From: Paraburkholderia sp. | Lineage (GTDB): Bacteria > Pseudomonadota > Gammaproteobacteria > Burkholderiales > Burkholderiaceae | Length of the DNA: 64,000 bases | Direction: 5' to 3' | Assembly: GCF_047605525.1 (NCBI RefSeq) | Contig: NZ_JASGFN010000022.1 | Location: 65,611-129,610, forward strand | Shown here: piece after piece, positions 58,523 through 64,000 of the stretch | How positions within the stretch are numbered: position 1 is the first letter of the stretch | Layout: the number at the start of each line of letters is the position of its first letter | Translations under genes and position numbers: made by a program | The notes under the pieces: generated by a model | Database searches by the model: none | What the model saw: the letters and a program-made list of their open reading frames with translations, nothing else | Told to the model about the DNA's origin: nothing

Positions 58523-60976
58523 TCACTCGATATCGAGCGGACTGACATGCCAGATATTGCGCGCGTATTCGCCGATCGTGCGATCCGACGAGAACTGCCC
58601 CATGCCCGCGATGTTCTCGATCGCGCTTTCGGTCCACGCGCGCCTGTCGACGAAGCGCGCATCCACTTCGTCCTGCGCCTTCGCGAATGCGGCAAAGTCG
58701 GCGAGCACCATATAGTGATCGCCCCAGTCCACGAGCGTGTGGAAGATATCGGAAAAGCGCAGCGGATCGTCCGGCGAAAAGAACCCCGAGCGAATCTGAT
58801 CGAGCGCCATGCGCAGCTCCGCGTTCTCCTCGTAGATCTGCCGGGGCCGATAGCCGCTCGCGCGCAGGCTGTCCACTTCGTCGGCGGTATGGCCGAAGAT
58901 GAAGATGTTCTCGCGCCCCACCGCGTCGCAGATCTCGATGTTCGCGCCATCCATCGTGCCGATCGTCAACGCGCCGTTGAGCGCGAGCTTCATGTTGCCG
59001 GTGCCCGACGCCTCGGTGCCGGCCATCGAAATCTGCTCCGACAGATCGGCCGCCGGAATGATCAGCTCGGCCACACTCACGCCGTAGTTCGGCACGAACA
59101 CGACCTTCAGGCGATCGCCGATCAGCGGATCGTGATTGACCTTCTGGCTCACGTCGCCGATCAGCTTGATGATCGTCTTCGCCGTCCGGTACGCGGACGC
59201 GGCCTTGCCCGCGAACAGCACGACGCGCGGCACCCAGTCGCGCTCGGGGTTCGCGAGAATCCGGTTGTAACGCACGATCACGTGCAGCACGTTCAGCAGT
59301 TGCCGCTTGTATTCGTGAATGCGCTTGACCTGCAGATCGAACAGCGCGTCCGGATTGAAATGCAGCTTCGTGTGATGCGCGAGCCGTTGCACGAGACGCT
59401 GCTTGTTTTGCCGCTTCGCGTCGCGGAACGCGTCGATGAACTCATCGTCCTTGCGCAGATTGCGCAGTTGCTCCAGTTCGAACAGATTGCTGCGCCAGTG
59501 CTTGCCGATGCGCGAGTCGATCAGCGACGACATCGACGGACTCGCCTGCGCCAGCCAGCGGCGCGGCGTGATGCCGTTGGTCACGTTGGTGAAGCGATCC
59601 GGATAGACGCTCGCGAAGTCGGCGAAGATATCGCGCGTCATCAGTTGCGAATGCAGCTTCGACACGCCGTTCACCTTGTGGCTCGCGACGATCGCCAGAT
59701 ACGCCATGCGCACGCGCCGCTGCCCGTATTCGTCGACCAGCGAAATGCGGCGGATCATCTCGCCGTCATGCCCCGACTGCTCGCTCACGTGCTTGAGAAA
59801 CTGCGCGTTGATCTCGAAGATGATCTCGAGATGCCGTGGCAGCAGGCGCGCGAGCATTTCCACATCCCACGTTTCGAGCGCTTCGGGCATCAGCGTGTGA
59901 TTGGTATACGAGAAGATCTGCGTCACGTGTTTCCACGCCTTGTCCCACGGCAGATGATGCACGTCGACGAGCAGCCGCATCAGCTCGGGAATCGCAAGAA
60001 CCGGGTGCGTGTCGTTCAGATGCACGGCGACCTTCTCTGAGAAGCGCCCGAACGTGCTGTGCGTGCGTTGATAGCGGCGAATCAGATCCTGCATCGTCGC
60101 CGAGACGAAGAAGTACTCCTGGCGCAGCCGCAGTTCGCGGCCGGCCGGCGTCGAGTCGTCCGGATACAACAGCCGCGACACGTTCTCCGACATGTTCTTC
60201 GTGTCGACCGCGTTGCGGTAGTCGCCGCGGTTGAACGCGCCGAGATCGAGCTCATCGGTCGCGCGCGCCGACCACAGCCGCAGCGTATTGGTCGCATCGG
60301 TCGCATAGCCGGGGATCACGGTATCGTAGGCGGTCGCGTTCACGTGCTCGGTGTCGATCCATTCGACCGAGTCGCCGCGCTGCACCGTGCGTCCGCCGAA
60401 GTGCACCATGTACTTGATTTCGGGCCGCGGAAATTCCCACGGATTGCCCGCGCGCAGCCAGTAGTCCGGCGCCTCGACCTGCTCGCCGTCGACGATCTCC
60501 TGGCGGAACATTCCATATTCGTAACGGATGCCGTAACCGAAGCCCGGAATGCCGAGCGTCGCCATCGAGTCGAGAAAGCACGCGGCGAGGCGGCCGAGAC
60601 CGCCGTTGCCGAGCGCGGCATCGGGCTCGATCTCGATCAGCGAATCCATGTCGACGCCGAGACTCGCGAGCGCCTCCTTCATCTGATCGTGAATGCCGAG
60701 CGCGAGCAGCGCGTTCGTAAACGTCCTGCCGATCAGAAACTCCATCGACAGGTAGTAGACCCGCTTCACATCCTGCTCGTATTGCAGGCGCGTGGTCTTC
60801 ATCCAGCGCGCGACGAGACGGTCGCGCACGGCAAGCGCGGCCGCGTGCAGCCAGTCATGCGGATGCGCGGTAACGGCGTCCTTGCCGACGCCGTACATCA
60901 TGCGATTCGAAATTGAGCGCCGTAGCGCGTCGACGGTACTGTTGAGCTGGTCGAATTCCAGATCGACGGTTGTCAT
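58523..60976 (-). CDS. glgP: Glycogen/maltodextrin phosphorylase
   Basis: YYLSMEFL, LGNGGLGRLAACF, HLNDTHP, QVKRIHEYKRQ, EASGTGNMK PLP motif. Confidence 0.97.
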   Translation of the reverse strand: MTTVDLEFDQLNSTVDALRRSISNRMMYGVGKDAVTAHPHDWLHAAALAVRDRLVARWMKTTRLQYEQDVKRVYYLSMEFLIGRTFTNALLALGIHDQMKEALASLGVDMDSLIEIEPDAALGNGGLGRLAACFLDSMATLGIPGFGYGIRYEYGMFRQEIVDGEQVEAPDYWLRAGNPWEFPRPEIKYMVHFGGRTVQRGDSVEWIDTEHVNATAYDTVIPGYATDATNTLRLWSARATDELDLGAFNRGDYRNAVDTKNMSENVSRLLYPDDSTPAGRELRLRQEYFFVSATMQDLIRRYQRTHSTFGRFSEKVAVHLNDTHPVLAIPELMRLLVDVHHLPWDKAWKHVTQIFSYTNHTLMPEALETWDVEMLARLLPRHLEIIFEINAQFLKHVSEQSGHDGEMIRRISLVDEYGQRRVRMAYLAIVASHKVNGVSKLHSQLMTRDIFADFASVYPDRFTNVTNGITPRRWLAQASPSMSSLIDSRIGKHWRSNLFELEQLRNLRKDDEFIDAFRDAKRQNKQRLVQRLAHHTKLHFNPDALFDLQVKRIHEYKRQLLNVLHVIVRYNRILANPERDWVPRVVLFAGKAASAYRTAKTIIKLIGDVSQKVNHDPLIGDRLKVVFVPNYGVSVAELIIPAADLSEQISMAGTEASGTGNMKLALNGALTIGTMDGANIEICDAVGRENIFIFGHTADEVDSLRASGYRPRQIYEENAELRMALDQIRSGFFSPDDPLRFSDIFHTLVDWGDHYMVLADFAAFAKAQDEVDARFVDRRAWTESAIENIAGMGQFSSDRTIGEYARNIWHVSPLDIE

Positions 60977-61685
60977 CGAAGCCTCCGGGATAGAACGACA
61001 TGACAGACGCGAACCGCACAGTTGACGGCCGGGAGGCGCGTGCCTGTCAGGCGGATTAAAAAAACAGAGTAGGACATTTTACGACGCGCGCACACTGCAA
61101 AGGCGAGCGGATTTTCACGCACATGCCATGCCCGGCTCCGGCGGCTGACGCCATCGACCGATGCCGCGACGCGCGCCCGTATACGGTGCAAAACTGCATG
61201 GACGCGGCACTCATGGCGTGCATCGGCGATGCGTTCAACGGAAGCCTTCGCCGACCCACGTCGATTATTTTTTCGGCGCATGACGGATGCATGACGAGCG
61301 CGGGAATCGGCGGGTTGGCGCGATTGCGTGGTCGAATCGGACGGCTTTTTCTGCTGAACGGTTATGGGCGATGCGCAATGGGTTTATCTCTGCCGTCCGT
61401 CAGTTCGATGACGCTTTGCGGGGCTGACGGTTAGTTGCCTCTCTCGATCGGGAAAATCGAAGGCCCGAACGACCACCCGCAACGCCGCCCACGTCCCTGC
61501 ACGATTGGCCGCTCTCTGCAACAATCGCGGAGTTGCGCCGCGCAAGCCGCCTTGCAGATGGCTTTCGCCGGGAGGACCGCACGGCGCGCGCATCACGCCC
61601 AACGCAACCCGCCGCTCGTGCGCGCCCGCGTCTTTTCTTTCTGACCGGCCGGCGCGCCGGCCTGCATAACCCGACGAGCCACGCC

Positions 61686-63113
61686 TTGTCCGATAAGCCC
61701 TGCCCTTCCGCCAGCGCGTCCTCCGTGGCGGCCGACGACTCGATGTCCGCCGCCGACCGTCGCGCGATGGCCGCGATCATGCTCGCGGTTGCGCTCGCCA
61801 CGCTCGATACCGCCATCGCCAACACCGCGCTGCCCGCGATCGCCGCCGATCTGCACGCGGCGCCCGCGGCCTCGGTATGGATCATCAATGCCTACCAGCT
61901 CGCGATGGTCGCGACGCTGCTGCCGCTCGCCGCGCTCGGCGACATCGTCGGGCATCGGCGCATTTACATCGGCGGCATCGCGCTGTTCACGCTGAGTTCG
62001 CTCGGCTGCGCGATGGCGCCGACGCTGCCGCTGCTCGCCGCCGCGCGTATCGTGCAAGGCCTCGGCGCAAGCGCGATCATGAGCGTGAACACCGCGCTGA
62101 TCCGCTATCTGTATCCGCCGCATCGGCTCGGACGCGGGCTCGGCACCAACGCGCTGATCGTCGGCGTGTCGTTCGCGGTCGGACCGACGGTGGCCTCGCT
62201 GATCCTGTCGGTCGCGACGTGGCCGTGGCTGTTCGCGGTCAACGTGCCGCTCGGCGTGCTCGCGCTGATGTTCGCGTGGCCCGCGCTGCCGCATACCGCG
62301 CAAGGCAGGCATCAGCTCGATCCGCTGGCGGCGCTGCTCAACGTCGTGACGTTCGCCGCGCTGATCTTCGCGCTCGGCGAGGCGGCCCAGCGCGCGTCGA
62401 TGCAGATCGTGCTGAGTGCCGCGGCGATCGCGCTCGTGTTCGGGCTGCTGCTGATTCGCCGCGAGGCCGGTCATCCCGCGCCGATGCTGCCCGTCGATCT
62501 GTTCAGGCGGCCGGTGTTTGCACTGTCGGCGGTGACGGCCGTGTGCTCGTTCGCCGCGCAAGGCCTCGCGTTCGTGTCGCTGCCGTTCTATTTCGAGGAC
62601 GTGCTGCTGCGCAGCCAGGTCGAAACCGGCTTCCTGATGACGCCGTGGCCCGTCGTGGTCGCGCTCGCCGCGCCGCTCGCGGGCGGTCTGTCCGACCGCT
62701 ATCCGCCGGGTCTGCTCGGCGCGATCGGGCTCGCGGTGCTGTCGGCGGGGATGGCGTCGCTCGCGCTATTGCCCGCGTATCCGCACGTGCTCGACATCGG
62801 CATCCGCATGGCGATTTGCGGCGCGGGCTTCGGCTTCTTCCAGTCGCCGAATCTGAAGGCGCTGATGGCGAGCGCGCCGCCGGAGCGCAGCGGCGGCGCG
62901 AGCGGCATCGTCGCGACCGCGCGGCTGCTCGGACAGGCGACCGGCGCGGCGCTCGTGGCGTTGTGCTTCGGGATTGCCGGACGGCAGCATGGGCCGACGC
63001 TCGCGCTCGGCACCGGCGCGTTCTTCGCGGGCGCGGCGAGTCTTGCGAGCGGCTTGCGGCTGCTCGCGCCATCGCATCGCGCGGGTATGCGGGCAAAAGC
63101 GGCGGTGAAGTAA
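61686..63113 (+). CDS. MFS efflux transporter, DHA2 (14-TM) family
   Basis: LDTAIANTALP, WIINAYQL, LGDIVGHRR, GPTVA, FFQSPN; start 61686 (TTG) or 61743. Confidence 0.9.
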   Translation: MSDKPCPSASASSVAADDSMSAADRRAMAAIMLAVALATLDTAIANTALPAIAADLHAAPAASVWIINAYQLAMVATLLPLAALGDIVGHRRIYIGGIALFTLSSLGCAMAPTLPLLAAARIVQGLGASAIMSVNTALIRYLYPPHRLGRGLGTNALIVGVSFAVGPTVASLILSVATWPWLFAVNVPLGVLALMFAWPALPHTAQGRHQLDPLAALLNVVTFAALIFALGEAAQRASMQIVLSAAAIALVFGLLLIRREAGHPAPMLPVDLFRRPVFALSAVTAVCSFAAQGLAFVSLPFYFEDVLLRSQVETGFLMTPWPVVVALAAPLAGGLSDRYPPGLLGAIGLAVLSAGMASLALLPAYPHVLDIGIRMAICGAGFGFFQSPNLKALMASAPPERSGGASGIVATARLLGQATGAALVALCFGIAGRQHGPTLALGTGAFFAGAASLASGLRLLAPSHRAGMRAKAAVK

Positions 63114-63118
63114 AGAAA

Positions 63119-64000
63119 TCACCGCGCCGCGAAATACCCCTTCACCGCCGCGATGAACGTATCGATATCGCCGCGCGACACATCCTTATGCGTGACGAAG
63201 CGCGACGCATACAGCATCTGCGTGAGGATGCCGCGCTCCTTGAGCCACGCTTCGAGCGGCGCGCAATGCTGCTGCGGAAACTGCGCGAACACCATATTGG
63301 TCGCGACCGACTGCACCTTCACCTGCTCGATCGTCTCCAGACCCGCCGCCAGATGCGCGGCGTTCGCGTGATCGTCGGCGAGACGTTCGACGTTGTGATC
63401 GAGCGCGTACAAACAGGCCGCCGCCAACACGCCCGCCTGACGCATGCCGCCGCCGAGCACCTTGCGCCAGCGATGCGCGCTGTCGATCAGCGCGCGGCTG
63501 CCGACCAGCACCGAGCCGACCGGCGCGCCCAGTCCCTTCGAAAAGCAGATCGACACCGAATCGAACGGCGCGGCGAGCGTCGCGACCGGCTGGCCCGACG
63601 CGACCGCCGCGTTGAACACGCGCGCGCCGTCGAGGTGGGCCGCGAGACCGTGCTCGCGCGCGAGCTGCGTCGCCTCGGCGACATAGCCCGCCGGCAGCAC
63701 CTTGCCGCCGATCGTGTTTTCCAGCGCGAGCAGGCGTGTGCGCGCGAAGTGATCGTCGATCGGCTTGATCGCGGCGGCGATCTTCTCGAGCGGGATCGAG
63801 CCGTCGGCGGCATTTTCGAGCGGCTGCGGCTGGATGCTGCCGAGCACCGCCGCGCCGCCGCCCTCGTATTTATAGGTGTGCGCGAGCTGGCCGACGATGT
63901 ACTCGTCGCCGCGCGCGCAATGCGCCATCAATGCGGCGAGGTTGCTTTGTGTGCCGCTCGGGAAGAACAGCCCCGCTTCCTTGCCGGCGCGCTCGGCCAG
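63119..64000 (-). CDS. ltaE: Low-specificity L-threonine aldolase, 5' end outside the window
   Basis: FFPSGTQSNL, LENT, HLDGARVFNA, CFSKGLGAP (PLP Lys), GGGMRQAG. Confidence 0.95.
   Translation of the reverse strand: MAERAGKEAGLFFPSGTQSNLAALMAHCARGDEYIVGQLAHTYKYEGGGAAVLGSIQPQPLENAADGSIPLEKIAAAIKPIDDHFARTRLLALENTIGGKVLPAGYVAEATQLAREHGLAAHLDGARVFNAAVASGQPVATLAAPFDSVSICFSKGLGAPVGSVLVGSRALIDSAHRWRKVLGGGMRQAGVLAAACLYALDHNVERLADDHANAAHLAAGLETIEQVKVQSVATNMVFAQFPQQHCAPLEAWLKERGILTQMLYASRFVTHKDVSRGDIDTFIAAVKGYFAAR

Noticed and set aside
61380-61440. c-di-GMP-I riboswitch-like words (GGCAAC, GCAAAG) on the minus strand
   Set aside because: No GAAA-capped P2 hairpin and wrong spacing
1-64000. tRNA, rRNA, transposase, integrase or prophage genes
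   Set aside because: None recognised by eye; a tRNAscan/Infernal/ISfinder run would be needed to exclude short or degenerate copies

Overview
GC-rich Burkholderiaceae-like chromosomal window (inferred from porin, PlcN and lipoprotein styles), mostly catabolic and transport genes. It holds a tetronate cluster (denD-otnI-otnC-otnK-ltnD plus a FadR-type regulator) lying between pcaF and pcaR; a polar amino acid ABC importer with IclR and RidA but no adjacent catabolic enzymes; a C-P lyase cluster (phnF-DUF1045-phnN divergent from phnGHIJKLM) with no phnCDE or phnP; an rspR/rspA-type mannonate/idonate cluster; argT-like SBP, M14 deacylase and porin; a LysR-MFS-serine hydrolase unit; two IlvD/Edd dehydratases; ogt; a Tat-exported phospholipase C; gltS; glgP; a DHA2 MFS; and a partial ltaE. 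I saw no rRNA, tRNA, CRISPR array, transposase or integrase. Best candidates for something new: (1) a PotD-like binding protein translationally coupled to a membrane diguanylate cyclase lacking the I-site (NspS/MbaA-like signalling pair); (2) a secreted protein with three exact-period 55-aa Cys-hairpin repeats, a Pro-rich stalk and WxxxxW tail, coupled to a small membrane protein; (3) an unannotated NlpC/P60-like Cys hydrolase beside a Cys-rich lipoprotein. All family assignments come from motif recognition by eye; no searches were run.
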